This document shows positions 38,522-49,570 of a DNA stretch of 64,000 bases, in pieces. Each line of letters begins with the position of its first letter. Within the stretch, counting starts at the first letter, position 1. The notes under the pieces are model-generated. The model did no database searches, was not told where the DNA came from, and saw only the letters and a list, made by a program, of their open reading frames with translations. This DNA comes from an uncultured Gemmatimonadales bacterium (GTDB taxonomy: Bacteria; Gemmatimonadota; Gemmatimonadetes; Longimicrobiales; RSA9), in the NCBI GenBank assembly GCA_963798085.1, contig CAWCRS010000003.1, positions 576,001-640,000 on the forward strand. Reading direction: 5' to 3'. A program made the position numbers and the translations under genes.

Positions 38522-40009
38522 TCAGTGCACCTGTCCGTTGTCGGCGATGCGCAGCACCAGGGCCTTGCCGCTGTGGGCGGCGGGATCCACGGCGGCGACT
38601 TTCGCCGTGCGCCGGCCGGTGCGCGTGCTGAATGCGACCTCCACGTCCACGCGGCCGGCGGCGGGCAGGCCGAAGTGGACGGGCAGCACGCTCTGGCTGT
38701 CATAGCCGGAACCGGCATCGACGAGGCGGGTGCCCAGCAGGCGGCGGCTTCCGGCGGCGTAAAGGCGTACTTCCGCGCCGGCACGCGTGGCGTGCCCCTG
38801 CGCGTCCAGCACCATGATCTGCAGTGAGCGCGCGGCCACCTCCGGCGCCAGCGTGTTGCGCAGCAGCAGGTGCATGCCGTTGGCGGTGGAGCCCGTGAGG
38901 GCCAGGTCGATGGCGCCGTCCCCGTCGAAGTCGGCCCACTGCACGCCGTGGTCCGCCTCGAGGCGCGCGAGCTCCTGCGGCGTGGCTTCGGCGAAGCGTG
39001 TGCCCTCGTTGTGCCAGAGCCAGTCGCGATAGCTCGTGCCGCCCGTGACGGTGCCATTGACGTAGAGGTCGAGGCGGCCATCGTTGTCGGCATCGGCGAA
39101 GGCGCAGGTGTCGTAGCGCGAGTCGCTGTCGATGCCCCAGGCCTTCGAGACGTCGGCAAAGCGCCCTTTCCCGCGGCTCATGAACAGCCCATTAGCGCCG
39201 TAGTTGGCGAAGAAGAGGTCGAGGTGACCGTCACCATCGACGTCGGCCACGCAGGGGCGGACCGTACCGTTGGTGGAGTCGCGCGGCGTGCGCCCGCCCC
39301 AGGCTACACCTCTCGCCACGGCCACATCGCGGAAATGGCCGCGCTCGTTCTGGAACAGCCCGTTGGCATCGCCGTCCATGTTGGCCACGATGACGTCCAG
39401 GTCACCGTCCTCGTCCAGGTCGAACCAGACGGCGCCCACGCTGCGGCGGGGATCGGCCAGACCCACGTCCGCCGCGATCTCCGTGAAATGGCCGCCGTCG
39501 TTGCGGAATAGCGTGTTAGGCCGGTCCCGGAAGGCGACGAACAGATCGAGGTCGCCATCGCCGTCGAAGTCGACCCAGACGGGCTGGCGCACGGCGCCAC
39601 CGCTCACCACCAGGCCGGCTTCCCGAGTGGCGTCCACGAAATGGCCGCCGTCATTGCGATAGAGGCGCAGCACCGGCCCCCCCGCAGGGGTGAAGCCGAG
39701 CAGCAGATCAGGGTCGCCGTCGCCGTCGAAATCGCCCCATGCCGCCGCGCGTGTGGCGCGCGCATCGGCCAGGCCCGCCGCGGCGGCGACATCGGCAAAG
39801 CGGCCGCCATCGTTCCGATACAGCCTGTTAGCAGCGCCATTGAAGCCGACGAACAGGTCGGCAGCGCCATCGCCATCGAAATCCGCCCAGGCGTTCACCA
39901 GCGTGCCGCCGGCGGCGAACAGTTCGGGCTGCACCGCTTCGAAGTGGAGCGGCGACTGCCGGGCGCCCGCGACCACCGTGAGCAGCAGGGCGAACAGGAT
40001 GGCGCGCAT
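38522..40009 (-). CDS. Secreted FG-GAP/VCBS repeat protein with ASPIC/UnbV domain (CRTAC1 family)
   Basis: Signal peptide MRAILFALL. Seven DxDxDGxxDL-type repeats. GSGYDSQS..VHFGL. Confidence 0.9.
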   Translation of the reverse strand: MRAILFALLLTVVAGARQSPLHFEAVQPELFAAGGTLVNAWADFDGDGAADLFVGFNGAANRLYRNDGGRFADVAAAAGLADARATRAAAWGDFDGDGDPDLLLGFTPAGGPVLRLYRNDGGHFVDATREAGLVVSGGAVRQPVWVDFDGDGDLDLFVAFRDRPNTLFRNDGGHFTEIAADVGLADPRRSVGAVWFDLDEDGDLDVIVANMDGDANGLFQNERGHFRDVAVARGVAWGGRTPRDSTNGTVRPCVADVDGDGHLDLFFANYGANGLFMSRGKGRFADVSKAWGIDSDSRYDTCAFADADNDGRLDLYVNGTVTGGTSYRDWLWHNEGTRFAEATPQELARLEADHGVQWADFDGDGAIDLALTGSTANGMHLLLRNTLAPEVAARSLQIMVLDAQGHATRAGAEVRLYAAGSRRLLGTRLVDAGSGYDSQSVLPVHFGLPAAGRVDVEVAFSTRTGRRTAKVAAVDPAAHSGKALVLRIADNGQVH

Positions 40010-40472
40010 GGTGATCTCCGGGTCGCGGAAACGCCGCCGTGGATTTTCGTCCGGCACACTGCGCGCGGGCGTCGCCTTGGCGTGCCGGCGCGACAGTCGG
40101 GCGGACTGCCGGAATGCGGAAGGGTAGACGGCGAAGCGACCTGACTCAAGCCCCGCGAGACGGATGCCGGCGAGAGCGTGGACGCCGGACACGCGCCGGC
40201 CGCGCGAATGGAGGCGTCGCCTGAAATGCGAACGGGAAAGGGCCCGGCAGGCTGCGACTCCCTCCCACGCACCGGTACGGCCGCACCATTCGGCACTTCG
40301 TCATGCCGGACAGCTTTCATCGGGCGCCGGCTCCGTCGTCAGAGCCTGCGTTTGAATCGGCGGCGGTACCGGTGTCGTGGAAAACGGGAGCATCGACCGG
40401 TCGTCCAGGCGCCGCGACAGGCGCGCCCAGCCAGGTAAGCGCAGCCTGCGGCCGGGACGGGCCATGTGCCGT

Positions 40473-40614
40473 CGGACCGTCCTGGCGTTCTTTCCTTGCG
40501 GCCGCGGCACGTATCAGCGCGAGCCGGTTTCCCATGAAAAATGGTCAATCGACGCCCGGATGAGCCGGCGGCATGCCCGGATCGGCCGAAACGCAAGAAC
40601 GCAAAGACGGTCCG
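40473..40614. repeat. Intergenic element bounded by 20-bp imperfect inverted repeats (REP/MITE-like), copy 1
   Basis: CGGACCGTCCTGGCGTTCTT (40473-40492) and AAGAACGCAAAGACGGTCCG (40595-40614). Ends shared with 61954-62183. Confidence 0.75.
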
Positions 40615-40619
40615 GCGAA

Positions 40620-41732
40620 TCAGCCAGCCGCGATCTCGAGCGCGTGCGTGAGGTCGAGGATCAGGTCGTCGATGTGCTCGCAGCCCGCACTCATGCGAAT
40701 GAAGCCATCGGGCACGACATCGCCGCCCCAGCGCGCGCGCCGCTCGGCGGTGGTGTGCACGCTGCCGAAGCTGGTTGCCTCGGTAACCAGCGTACACGCC
40801 GAGAGAAAGCGTTCCGCTGCCAGTCGGTTGGGCAGCTCGAAGCTGACAATGGGTCCGAACCACTGCATCTGGCGGGCAGCAATGGCGTGCGAGGGATCGC
40901 CTTCGAGCCCGGGGTAGCGGACGCCGCGCACGGGCGCGCGGTCGCACAGGAACCGCGCGAGCGCCAGCGCATTCTCGCCCATGCGCTCGAGGCGCAGCTG
41001 TGCCGTGGCCAGTGCGCGATGCGCGAGCCACACTTCCATGGGCCCGGGGATGCAGCCCGTGCGCGTGCGCCATGTGTGCAGTTGTCCGGCCCAGCTGTCG
41101 TCGCGCACGGCCACGTGGCCCAGCAGCAGATCGCCGTGTCCACTCAGCGCCTTGGTGTCTGCCGCGAGCGAGAAGTCCGCGCCCAGCGCCAGTGGCTGCT
41201 GTCCCAGCGCTGTAGCAGTCGTGTTATCAACGGCGACCAGCACGTCGCGCGCATGCGCAGCGGCCGACAATGCCGCAATGTCGCACACGTCCAGGCCCGG
41301 ATTGCTGGGCGTCTCCAGACACAGCAGGCGGGCGCCTGCCAGCAGATCCGGCGACGACTGCATCTGCGTGGTCGGACAGGTGCGCAGCTGCACCCCCATG
41401 GCCGCGAACCACTCCTGCATCAGCACGCGACCCGTGTAGTAGCCGTCGGCGGGCATGACCGCGATGTCGCCGGGCCGCAGCACGGTGGCCAGCACCGCGG
41501 TCAGGGCGGCCATGCCGGAAGCGAACGCGATGGCGGGCCCGCCCTCGAGCCCGGACAACGCCTGCTCCCAGTGCGCCCATGTGGGATTGCCGAAACGTCC
41601 ATAGCTGTACGGCGACGTAGCGGGTTCACCGGCGAGGTGGTAGATGCCGGCGAAGACCGGACCGGGCAGCAGCGGATCGCCCTGCTCGGGCATGGGCAGA
41701 CCTGCTCGAATGACACGCGTCGCGGGGTGCAT
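40620..41732 (-). CDS. Cystathionine gamma-lyase/synthase (Cys/Met metabolism PLP enzyme)
   Basis: YGRFGNPT, FASGMAA, ETPSNP, VDNT, DTKALSGHGD, TSFGSVHT, IRMSAGCE. Confidence 0.92.
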   Translation of the reverse strand: MHPATRVIRAGLPMPEQGDPLLPGPVFAGIYHLAGEPATSPYSYGRFGNPTWAHWEQALSGLEGGPAIAFASGMAALTAVLATVLRPGDIAVMPADGYYTGRVLMQEWFAAMGVQLRTCPTTQMQSSPDLLAGARLLCLETPSNPGLDVCDIAALSAAAHARDVLVAVDNTTATALGQQPLALGADFSLAADTKALSGHGDLLLGHVAVRDDSWAGQLHTWRTRTGCIPGPMEVWLAHRALATAQLRLERMGENALALARFLCDRAPVRGVRYPGLEGDPSHAIAARQMQWFGPIVSFELPNRLAAERFLSACTLVTEATSFGSVHTTAERRARWGGDVVPDGFIRMSAGCEHIDDLILDLTHALEIAAG

Positions 41733-41903
41733 CGCTCCTCCAGAATCCGTGCGGCGCCGGCATGGCGGCGCGCCAGTCGGCCCGGATAAGATGAGACGGA
41801 TGGCAAGAGCCGGTGGCTGCACGTCGGAAACCTGCCTCTGGCCCTGTCCGTAGAACCCGGCAGAATGTCAGCCGATTCCCCTCTTTGAAACAGGAGGCCC
41901 CCA

Positions 41904-42392
41904 ATGGCCCACGTCACACGCGGGATCGCGCCGCTGCGCCGTCCCGCCAGAATGCTGGCAGCACTGGCGTTGCTGCTCGTTGCGGGAACCGCGCGCGTTC
42001 AGGCGCAGGAGGTCACCGATACCACGAAGCTGCCGGCCGCCATGCGCAGCGCGCGCGCCGGGCTGAACAAGGCACTCGAAGCGAAGGACGGCGTCGCCGC
42101 CGGCGCCTTCTTCGCAGACAGCGTGGTCGTCGATTTCCAGGGCGACCTGTACACGGGCCGCAGGACCGCGGTGGACACATGGCTGGTCCCCACGCTCAGC
42201 AGTGTCAGCTCGCTCCGCTTCAGCGCCGGCACATTCATGATGGAGAACGGCGACATCATCGAGCGCGCCGTGCACCACGTCGTGCCCGCCGACGGCTCCG
42301 GCGATACCCAGGAAGGCACGCACATCGTGCGCTGGAAGCACATGCCCGATGGCAGCTGGAAAGTCATCCGTCTCACCGTGAGCGAGGGCTAG
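41904..42392 (+). CDS. Secreted NTF2/SnoaL-like (DUF4440-type) protein
   Basis: GGAGG RBS, signal peptide (ARVQA), FFADSV, C-terminal WKHMPDGSWKV. Confidence 0.7.
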   Translation: MAHVTRGIAPLRRPARMLAALALLLVAGTARVQAQEVTDTTKLPAAMRSARAGLNKALEAKDGVAAGAFFADSVVVDFQGDLYTGRRTAVDTWLVPTLSSVSSLRFSAGTFMMENGDIIERAVHHVVPADGSGDTQEGTHIVRWKHMPDGSWKVIRLTVSEG

Positions 42393-42918
42393 ACCCGCAC
42401 GCGTTTCCGGCGACACGGCAGCCGCACGTTGCCGTGCCAGCGTCGGCCGTCAGTACGCAGCCGGCCCTCCGGCGTGGACCCGACGTCGGTCCGCTGAGGG
42501 ACGCGCGTCGCGAAGACTCCGCATCGAGCCCCCCGTATGGCGCGAGGCGGACCCGGCCCGGGCCTCGGTCCTCGCCTCCGCGCGTCCGCTCGGGACCACC
42601 CTCTCCCTGCCCACAACGCGCTTCCTCCCGCCTGCAGCATCAGCGGGAAAGCGCTGACAAGAAAGGGTCGCGGCGAGCCGACGCTCTGAAGTGAGCGCAT
42701 CATCAGGGAAGAACGAGCAGACATCGGGCGGCGACGGAACCGACACAGTCCGTGGTTCCCGCGATCGGCGGCTTTCCATCGGTTGAGTGGCAGCCAGCGG
42801 GTCGCTAACCTGAGTTCGACTGCGGATCAACCCGGCCCGTCGCGCGCGCTCCCGCCGTCGGATATCGCGGTGCAGGACACGAGGGAAGGCGCCCCACGAG
42901 CCGGACGGAAGGAGAGGC

Positions 42919-43773
42919 ATGGCGGAGAAGGTGGTTCTCGTGCTGGGCGGCGGCGGCGTGAAGGGGCTCGCGCACGCGGGCGCCTGGCGGGCGTTGGAGG
43001 AGCGCGGCATCGTCGTCTCGGAGATCATTGGCACGAGCATTGGCTCACTGATCGGCGCGTGCATTGCCAGTGGCTGGAGCTCGGAGCGTCTCTGGTCGCG
43101 GGCGCGCTCACTTCAGCGCCGCGACATCGTCACCATGAACCGCTGGGCGTTTCTGCTGAACGGCATCAGCGAGCCCAGCGTCTTCCGCGCCGATGCCTTC
43201 CATGAATACCTCGCCAATCTGCTCGAGGTCGAGCGCTTCGATGAGCTGTCACTGCCGTTGAGCATGAACGCGGTGCACCTCGAGACCGGACGCATGGACT
43301 GGTTCGGTGCGGGCGGCCGTACCAATGTGACGCTGCCGCGGGCGATCTACGCGTCCTGTGCCCTGCCGCTCTTCTATCCGCCGGCCGATATCGAGGGCGA
43401 AATGTACGTGGATGGCGGCGTGCGTGACCCGCTGCCCATAACGCGCGCCGCCGAGCGCGGCGCCGACCTGATCATTGCGGTGGATGCGACGGCCGGTGAG
43501 GTGAAGGACTCGAAAGACACGGTGCAGAAGGGCATGGTCGCCATCCATCACCGCGTGTTCGACATCATGATGTGGGCGCGCAAGCGCGAGCTGCTCGACA
43601 GCTGGACCGACCCGGAGCTGCTCTACATCCGGCCCCGCCTGGATGGCATGTCGACGTTCGACTTCGAGCACACCGGCCGTTTCCTCGACGAAGGCTACCG
43701 CGCCGCCAGCATGGCGCTGAACGAGCGTTTCGGCGAGCGCAGCGCCGCGCGGGGCCGCAGAACGGCCGGTTAG
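42919..43773 (+). CDS. Patatin-like phospholipase
   Basis: GGGGVKG, GTSIG and DGG motifs. Confidence 0.92.
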   Translation: MAEKVVLVLGGGGVKGLAHAGAWRALEERGIVVSEIIGTSIGSLIGACIASGWSSERLWSRARSLQRRDIVTMNRWAFLLNGISEPSVFRADAFHEYLANLLEVERFDELSLPLSMNAVHLETGRMDWFGAGGRTNVTLPRAIYASCALPLFYPPADIEGEMYVDGGVRDPLPITRAAERGADLIIAVDATAGEVKDSKDTVQKGMVAIHHRVFDIMMWARKRELLDSWTDPELLYIRPRLDGMSTFDFEHTGRFLDEGYRAASMALNERFGERSAARGRRTAG

Positions 43774-43823
43774 GCAGGTTCTGCCCGATCCGGCGGGGGC
43801 TGATCGCGGCAGCCGCCGGCTCC

Positions 43824-45335
43824 CTAACGCGAGCTTTCGCCCTGGGCCAGCAGCTCCACAATGCGGTCCATGGCGCGGCGCACGGTGGCTGCGGGAGCGC
43901 CCGTGCCGTTGGTCATGATGCTGAACGTGACCGTGTGTCCGTCCGTGGCGGTCAGCCAGCCGCTCAGCGTGTTCACGTTCGTGATGCTGCCGGTCTTGGC
44001 GCTCAGGCGTCCCTGCAATGCGACCAGGCGGCCGGCCATCGTGCTCCCCTGCATGCCCGGCCCGGGCAATGCGGCGCGGTAGACGGCGCCCCAGGGGGCC
44101 CGGCGCGCGTACTCGAGAACACCGACGATCGCGGCGGGGGTCAGCAGGTTCTGCGCGGAGAGGCCGGAACCATCGCGCAGCTGGAAGGACAGTGAATCGA
44201 TTCCCATGACATCGATCAGGCGACGCCGCTCGACATCGATACCGGTGTTCCAGCCGCCGGAACCGCGACGTTCCGCACCCAGTGTCTTGAGCAGCTGCTC
44301 CGCCATCCAGTTCTGACTGGGGCGCAGGATCCCCGCAATGATGTCGCTCAGGGGCGGCGAGAAAGCCGTGGCAACACGCTGATAGTCGCTGCCCAGGCGC
44401 GCGCGCAGCGCCGCGGCCGCGGTGGAATCGCGCAGCACGCGTGCCGCCCCGTCCACGCGGATGCCGCGCGCGCGCAGCGCCCAGATCAGCGCACGGCCGG
44501 CGTAGCGCGCGGGCTGCGTGACCGCGTACTCGCTGGTGTCCGCCCGCCCGGCCGCAAGGCTCGCCGTGAGCAGCAGTTCATCCGTGTGGCGCATGTAATC
44601 GATGCGCGTCTGCGTGCGCGCGCCCGCCGTGTCTGTGCGCACCGTTGCCTGCAGCGGCTGCAGTCCCTGCGGCCCGGTCGTCACTGCCTCACCGGGATCG
44701 CCGGGCTGGTCGCCGGCCTTCAGCACCAGCCGGAACGCGCCTTCGCCAATGGCGAACGCTTCCACGGGCGGTGCGTCGGATGATGGCAGATCACCCACCT
44801 CCCAGGTGCCGTTGATGGGCAGGTCGCCGAAGAAGCTGGCGTCGACGGTGATATCACCGGCAATGCGGCGAATGCCGGCCGCCGCGATCTGATCCGCAAG
44901 GGAATCGGTGACCGTGAAGTCGTCGGCATGGAAGCGCGCGGAGAACGTGGGATCGCCGCGCCCGACGACCACCAGCTCCTGCGCCACCGTGTCGCCCTTC
45001 TGCATGCGCGCGAAAACGGGCGTTTCGTAGCGGTAGTCCGGCCCCAGCTCATCCAGCGCGACGGTGGTCACCACGAGCTTGGTGTTGGAGGCAGGGATGT
45101 AGTGCCGTTCGGCGTTCAGGCCGATCAGCCAGCGCCGGGCATCCACATCCCACGCGGCAATGCCCCAGGATGTGCCTGCCAGTGGTGCCGTCGTCAGGAT
45201 GGAGTCGATCACGGTGGCGATGCCGCGCGGCGCCAGCAGTCCCGGCCGCGCGCGCGAGCCGGCACAGCCCGCGACGCAGAGGACGAGCAGCCCGCTGGCC
45301 AGCGCCGGCTGTACGCCGGTCGCACGCCTCGGCAT
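43824..45335 (-). CDS. dacB: D-alanyl-D-alanine carboxypeptidase/endopeptidase (PBP4, S13)
   Basis: PASNTK (SxxK), SQN (SxN), DGSGLS, KTG. Lipoprotein-like N-terminus. Confidence 0.92.
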   Translation of the reverse strand: MPRRATGVQPALASGLLVLCVAGCAGSRARPGLLAPRGIATVIDSILTTAPLAGTSWGIAAWDVDARRWLIGLNAERHYIPASNTKLVVTTVALDELGPDYRYETPVFARMQKGDTVAQELVVVGRGDPTFSARFHADDFTVTDSLADQIAAAGIRRIAGDITVDASFFGDLPINGTWEVGDLPSSDAPPVEAFAIGEGAFRLVLKAGDQPGDPGEAVTTGPQGLQPLQATVRTDTAGARTQTRIDYMRHTDELLLTASLAAGRADTSEYAVTQPARYAGRALIWALRARGIRVDGAARVLRDSTAAAALRARLGSDYQRVATAFSPPLSDIIAGILRPSQNWMAEQLLKTLGAERRGSGGWNTGIDVERRRLIDVMGIDSLSFQLRDGSGLSAQNLLTPAAIVGVLEYARRAPWGAVYRAALPGPGMQGSTMAGRLVALQGRLSAKTGSITNVNTLSGWLTATDGHTVTFSIMTNGTGAPAATVRRAMDRIVELLAQGESSR

Positions 45336-47908
45336 CAGAGATTCAGCCAGTAGTTCAGCTTCACCAGGAACACGTTGCTGGGCCGGGTATCGAACAGTGC
45401 GCGGCTGTCACGGCCGAAGTCCAGGCGTCCCTGCTCGATGGAATCGGAACGTCGCTGCTGCCACACCACGAACAGCGTCGAGCCGGGACGCCACTGCCAG
45501 CGTAATACCGCGTTACCGCGCAGCGAGCGGGTGTTGAAGTCGCTGCCGGCATCGCTGCCTGTCCACGGCTCGAAGGCGAACTGGCGCGGCGCCAGCAGTC
45601 GCATGGTGGCGCCGTAATCACCCGTGGCAATGAAGGGTTGCGCGTACAGCTCGAACGAGAGGTCCGGCGTGAACGTCACATTGAGACGGGTTTCCATTGA
45701 CACTGTGGTCTGTTCGATGGGCGCGAACAGGTAGTCCCTTCCGAAGGTGGCCGTGTTGGCGGCATCCTCGACAGTGCCCAGGTACTGCGCCGCCGTGCGC
45801 GAGCGGTTGAGTTTCGGCCCGGCGCTCACCGTCCAGTTGCTGCCCGGCCGTACTGTGAGGTTACCGGAGAGCGAGCGCTGCCAGCTGCCCGACACCGCCT
45901 GCATCCAGTTGAACTGCACCCGCCCGGATGCCCAGCGTCGGTCATCGCTGTTGAGCTGAATCTCGAGTCGGTCATCCGCCAGATTGCGCGCCAGCGGGCC
46001 ACCGCGCGTGAGGCGGTCATCGAAAGTGGAAAACGCGTGCGTGTAGTTGATGTGCCCGCCCCAGTAGTTGGCCAGCTGGCCCTGCAGATTGAGCTGTCCC
46101 CGCCGGCTCACGCCGACGCCGCCGAAGTTCCTGTCGCCGGAGCCGTGCAGCTCGATGCGGTAATTGCGAAACAGCGGACCCGGCCGGTTCTCGACCCACT
46201 GCAGCTCTGCCTCACCGCCCACGCGATCCGCGGATGTCTCGAAGCCGAGGTCGTTGACCTCGAAGCCCGGACTCATGGCAGCAATGTGGGCACTGCCTCG
46301 CCAGTGCTCTCCGGCATTCTTTTCGATGGCCAGCCGCGCCGCGTATCCCTCGAGCATGGTGCGCGACGAATCCAGGGTCACGTAATCGGCATCGGGCCGC
46401 TGGTAATAGCGCGCCGATGAGAGCTGCGCGCGCGCCATTGCCGACGGACTGCCCTGCACATGGCTGAGCGAGAAGTAGCCGCTCAGCGTCCACGAGCGCT
46501 GCGCGAATTCGTGCGAGAAATCGGCGCCCGCGGAAAAGGCCGAAGCACGGAGCAGACTCGCGAGCAGCGTGTCGCCCAGACTGCGGTTCACGGCGGTAAC
46601 AATGCCGCCCAGGCGGGTCTGCCCCTGGCGCAGGTCACGGGTGGCGCGCGCCACCAGATAGTTGGTGGGCGGCTCCACCGGCGTCTCTCCAAACACGCCG
46701 TTATAATCCTGCCAGGACGCCTGCTCCGCCGCCGTCACCGCCTCGAGCAGGCCCACGTTCCAGCCGGACGCCGTATGGCCGGTGACCTTGGCCGCGCCCA
46801 GGATCGTGCTGTTGTCCGGCTTGTGCGCGAACGCCACCTCATCCGGCGCCGAACCCTGCGGCTGCCGGCCAATGCGCCGCGAGTAGAAGAGACGCAGGTC
46901 ATTGAAGTGAAATACGTCGGAGCCCTCCGTGAAGAACGGCCGCTTCTCGTCGAACGATGTCTCGAACGCCGAGAGATTGACCACCGCCGGATCGACTTCC
47001 ACCTGGCCGAAATCCGGATTGAACGTGGCATTCATCGTCATGCTCGACGTGAGGCGATACTTCAGATCCAGTCCGGCGCCCGTGAACATCCGGGCTCCGG
47101 CGCGGAACGGATCGGCAGGATCCACATTGAGGTACTCGGCGCGCGTGAGGGCGTAGGGCAGCAGCTCGAGCGGGCGACCGGGCCGGATGCCCTGAAGTCC
47201 GACGAGGTGGCCGTAGCGCGCCACACCACCCCGCTGACTCTTCGGTGTGAATGACAACACCGTAACTTCCTGTTTGCTGACCGTGCGCCGCGAAAGCTGC
47301 AGCCCCCAGATCTGCACGTCCTCGTGGTTGAAGCGCAGCTGGCTGAACGGAATGCGCAGCTCCGCGGTCCAGCCGTCGGCATCCACGGAGGTGGCCGCGT
47401 CCCACACGGCATCCCATGACGTGCTGCGGCCCACCTGGTCGCGCTGCACGCCCGCGGGATTCACACTGAACTGCACGGACGTGACGTGGTCGTGATAGGT
47501 GTCGAGCATCACGTCGAGCCAGTCCGAATCGCTGAGGTACGAGTCCCGCCGGCCCAGCCGCGAGCTCACGTGACCGGACGCGTCCCACATGCGCGCCCCG
47601 ATGTAGAGCGCGTCCGCGTCGAACAGGATGCGCACCTCGGTGCGATCGGTCGCCGGCTCGCCTTCGTGCGGCTCCGTCTGGGTGAACTGCGTCGCGGGCG
47701 CCACTTCCTGCCACGCGGCCTCGTCCAGCTTGCCATCCAGGTGGATCGCGGCGGCAATACGCATGGTGTGCAGCAGCGGCATGGCTGCGAGGTGCGCCTC
47801 CGTGGCAGCCCCCGCCGCGCCCGTCAAACCGCTGTTATCCTGAGCCAGGAGTGGGGCTGGACCGACCGCCACGGCCGCCATCAGCAGCAGCGTGCGCAGC
47901 CGGGTCAT
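45335..47908 (-). CDS. CBM9-like domain plus DUF5916-type outer-membrane beta-barrel protein
   Basis: LDGKLDEAAW, WTAELRIPFSQLRF, NPDFGQVEVD, EKRPFF, C-terminal VKLNYWLNL. Signal peptide from ATG 47908. Confidence 0.85.
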   Translation of the reverse strand: MTRLRTLLLMAAVAVGPAPLLAQDNSGLTGAAGAATEAHLAAMPLLHTMRIAAAIHLDGKLDEAAWQEVAPATQFTQTEPHEGEPATDRTEVRILFDADALYIGARMWDASGHVSSRLGRRDSYLSDSDWLDVMLDTYHDHVTSVQFSVNPAGVQRDQVGRSTSWDAVWDAATSVDADGWTAELRIPFSQLRFNHEDVQIWGLQLSRRTVSKQEVTVLSFTPKSQRGGVARYGHLVGLQGIRPGRPLELLPYALTRAEYLNVDPADPFRAGARMFTGAGLDLKYRLTSSMTMNATFNPDFGQVEVDPAVVNLSAFETSFDEKRPFFTEGSDVFHFNDLRLFYSRRIGRQPQGSAPDEVAFAHKPDNSTILGAAKVTGHTASGWNVGLLEAVTAAEQASWQDYNGVFGETPVEPPTNYLVARATRDLRQGQTRLGGIVTAVNRSLGDTLLASLLRASAFSAGADFSHEFAQRSWTLSGYFSLSHVQGSPSAMARAQLSSARYYQRPDADYVTLDSSRTMLEGYAARLAIEKNAGEHWRGSAHIAAMSPGFEVNDLGFETSADRVGGEAELQWVENRPGPLFRNYRIELHGSGDRNFGGVGVSRRGQLNLQGQLANYWGGHINYTHAFSTFDDRLTRGGPLARNLADDRLEIQLNSDDRRWASGRVQFNWMQAVSGSWQRSLSGNLTVRPGSNWTVSAGPKLNRSRTAAQYLGTVEDAANTATFGRDYLFAPIEQTTVSMETRLNVTFTPDLSFELYAQPFIATGDYGATMRLLAPRQFAFEPWTGSDAGSDFNTRSLRGNAVLRWQWRPGSTLFVVWQQRRSDSIEQGRLDFGRDSRALFDTRPSNVFLVKLNYWLNL

Positions 47909-48100
47909 CCCGGGATATGGTTCGTATGACAAGAGCGCTTTCCTGAGTCGGGCACAGCGTCGCGCGCACAGTCGCACGCACCACACGCGCGTGTCCTCGA
48001 AGATGCGCCGGTATCTCGGGGGAAACCGCCCGACGCCGCGCTGTTTCCGGAAACAGCGCCACCATGTCAACATAACGACTGCCCCCGCAGGAGGAAAAAC

Positions 48101-49570
48101 GTGGAAGCGTCCGCCGCACCGCCACCGCGCGCATTGGACATGGATCCGGAAACCTTCCGCCGGCACGGCCACGCCGTGATCGACTGGATCGCAGGATACC
48201 TGGCCCAACCCGAGGCGTGGCGTGTGTTTCCGGCCGTTCCGCCCGGCTCCGTACTGGCTCAGCTGCCGGACGCACCGCCCGACCGGGGCGAAGACTTCGA
48301 GCAGATCTTCGCCGACTTCGAGCGCATCATCCCGGGCGCCACCACGCACTGGAATCACCCGGGCTTCATGGCGTATTTCGCCAATACCGGCTCAGGGCCG
48401 GGCATCCTCGGCGAATTGCTGGCCGCGGCGCTCAATGTGAACGCCATGCTCTGGCGTACGTGCCCGTCCGCAACGGAGTTGGAGCAGGCGACGACGGGTT
48501 GGACGCTGCGTCTCCTGGGTCTGCCTCCCGATTGGGATGGCACCATCAACGACACCGCCTCGACCAGCACACTATACGCCCTGGCCGCGGCCCGGGAATA
48601 TGCATCGGACCTGAAGATACGCGATTTTGGCATGGCCGGCCGACCGGAGCTGCCGCCGCTTCGGGTCTACGCCTCCGAGGAAGCGCACTCCAGCGTCGAC
48701 AAGGCGGTTCTGACTCTGGGCCTGGGCCGGACAGGAATCCGCAAGATCCAGACGGACCAAAAGATGCGCATGGATGCCGGGCTGCTGCATGCCGCCATCC
48801 GAGAAGATCGCGCAAACGGGATCCGCCCCATTGCGGTGGTCGCTACCACAGGCACCACGTCCACGACCGCCGTCGACCCCGTTCCGGCCATCGCCGACAT
48901 CTGCGAACGCGAGCACCTCTGGCTGCACGTCGACGCGGCCTATGGCGGATCCGCGGCGGCGCTGCCGGAGATGCGCTGGGTGCTCGAGGGGTGTGAGCGC
49001 GCAGACTCGTTCGTGGTGAACCCGCACAAGTGGCTGTTCGTCCCGGTCGACTGCTCTCTCCTCTACACCCGCCGGCCCGACGTGCTGAAGCGCGCCTTCA
49101 GCCTGGTGCCGGAGTACCTGACGACGCCGGAAAGCGAACAGGTCAAGAACCTGATGGACTACGGCATCGCGCTCGGCCGGCGCTTCCGCGCGCTCAAGCT
49201 CTGGTTCGTGCTGCGCTGGTTCGGCGTGGAGGGCATCCGCGCGGTGCTGCGCGAGCACCTTCGGCTCGCACAGCTGTTCGCAAGCTGGATCGATGCGGAT
49301 GCCGCGTTCGAGCGACTGGCGGACGTGAACCTCTCCGTCGTCAACTTCCGCGCGCATCCGCCAGGTCTCGATGATGCGGCAGAGCTGGAGCTTCTGAACG
49401 CGGCGCTGCTCGACAGGGTCAACGCGAGCGGGGAAGTCTTTCTCTCGCACACGAAGATCCGCGGCCGCTACGCGCTGCATCTCGCGATCGGCAACGTGCG
49501 CACAGCGGAGCGGCACGTGCGCCGCGCATGGGAACTGCTGCGCGCGGGTTGCGTGGATTCGGTGCCCTGA
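48101..49570 (+). CDS. Group II PLP-dependent (aromatic-L-amino-acid-type) decarboxylase
   Basis: THWNHPGFMAYF, HSSVDKA, HVDAAYGG, NPHKW, RRFRALKLWF. Confidence 0.92.
   Translation: MEASAAPPPRALDMDPETFRRHGHAVIDWIAGYLAQPEAWRVFPAVPPGSVLAQLPDAPPDRGEDFEQIFADFERIIPGATTHWNHPGFMAYFANTGSGPGILGELLAAALNVNAMLWRTCPSATELEQATTGWTLRLLGLPPDWDGTINDTASTSTLYALAAAREYASDLKIRDFGMAGRPELPPLRVYASEEAHSSVDKAVLTLGLGRTGIRKIQTDQKMRMDAGLLHAAIREDRANGIRPIAVVATTGTTSTTAVDPVPAIADICEREHLWLHVDAAYGGSAAALPEMRWVLEGCERADSFVVNPHKWLFVPVDCSLLYTRRPDVLKRAFSLVPEYLTTPESEQVKNLMDYGIALGRRFRALKLWFVLRWFGVEGIRAVLREHLRLAQLFASWIDADAAFERLADVNLSVVNFRAHPPGLDDAAELELLNAALLDRVNASGEVFLSHTKIRGRYALHLAIGNVRTAERHVRRAWELLRAGCVDSVP

Noticed and set aside
38522..40009. 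Periodic DNA similarity suggesting a CRISPR or tandem array
   Set aside because: Explained by protein-coding FG-GAP repeats. No fixed repeat-spacer structure or cas genes are in the window.
41733..41903. SAM riboswitch upstream of cystathionine gamma-lyase
   Set aside because: Only a CTTATC-like word is present. The other SAM-I core motifs were not found.
42919..43773. Patatin as fatty-acid supplier for the oxygenase operon
   Set aside because: It is 9 kb away, on the opposite strand and from a common family. There is no linkage evidence.
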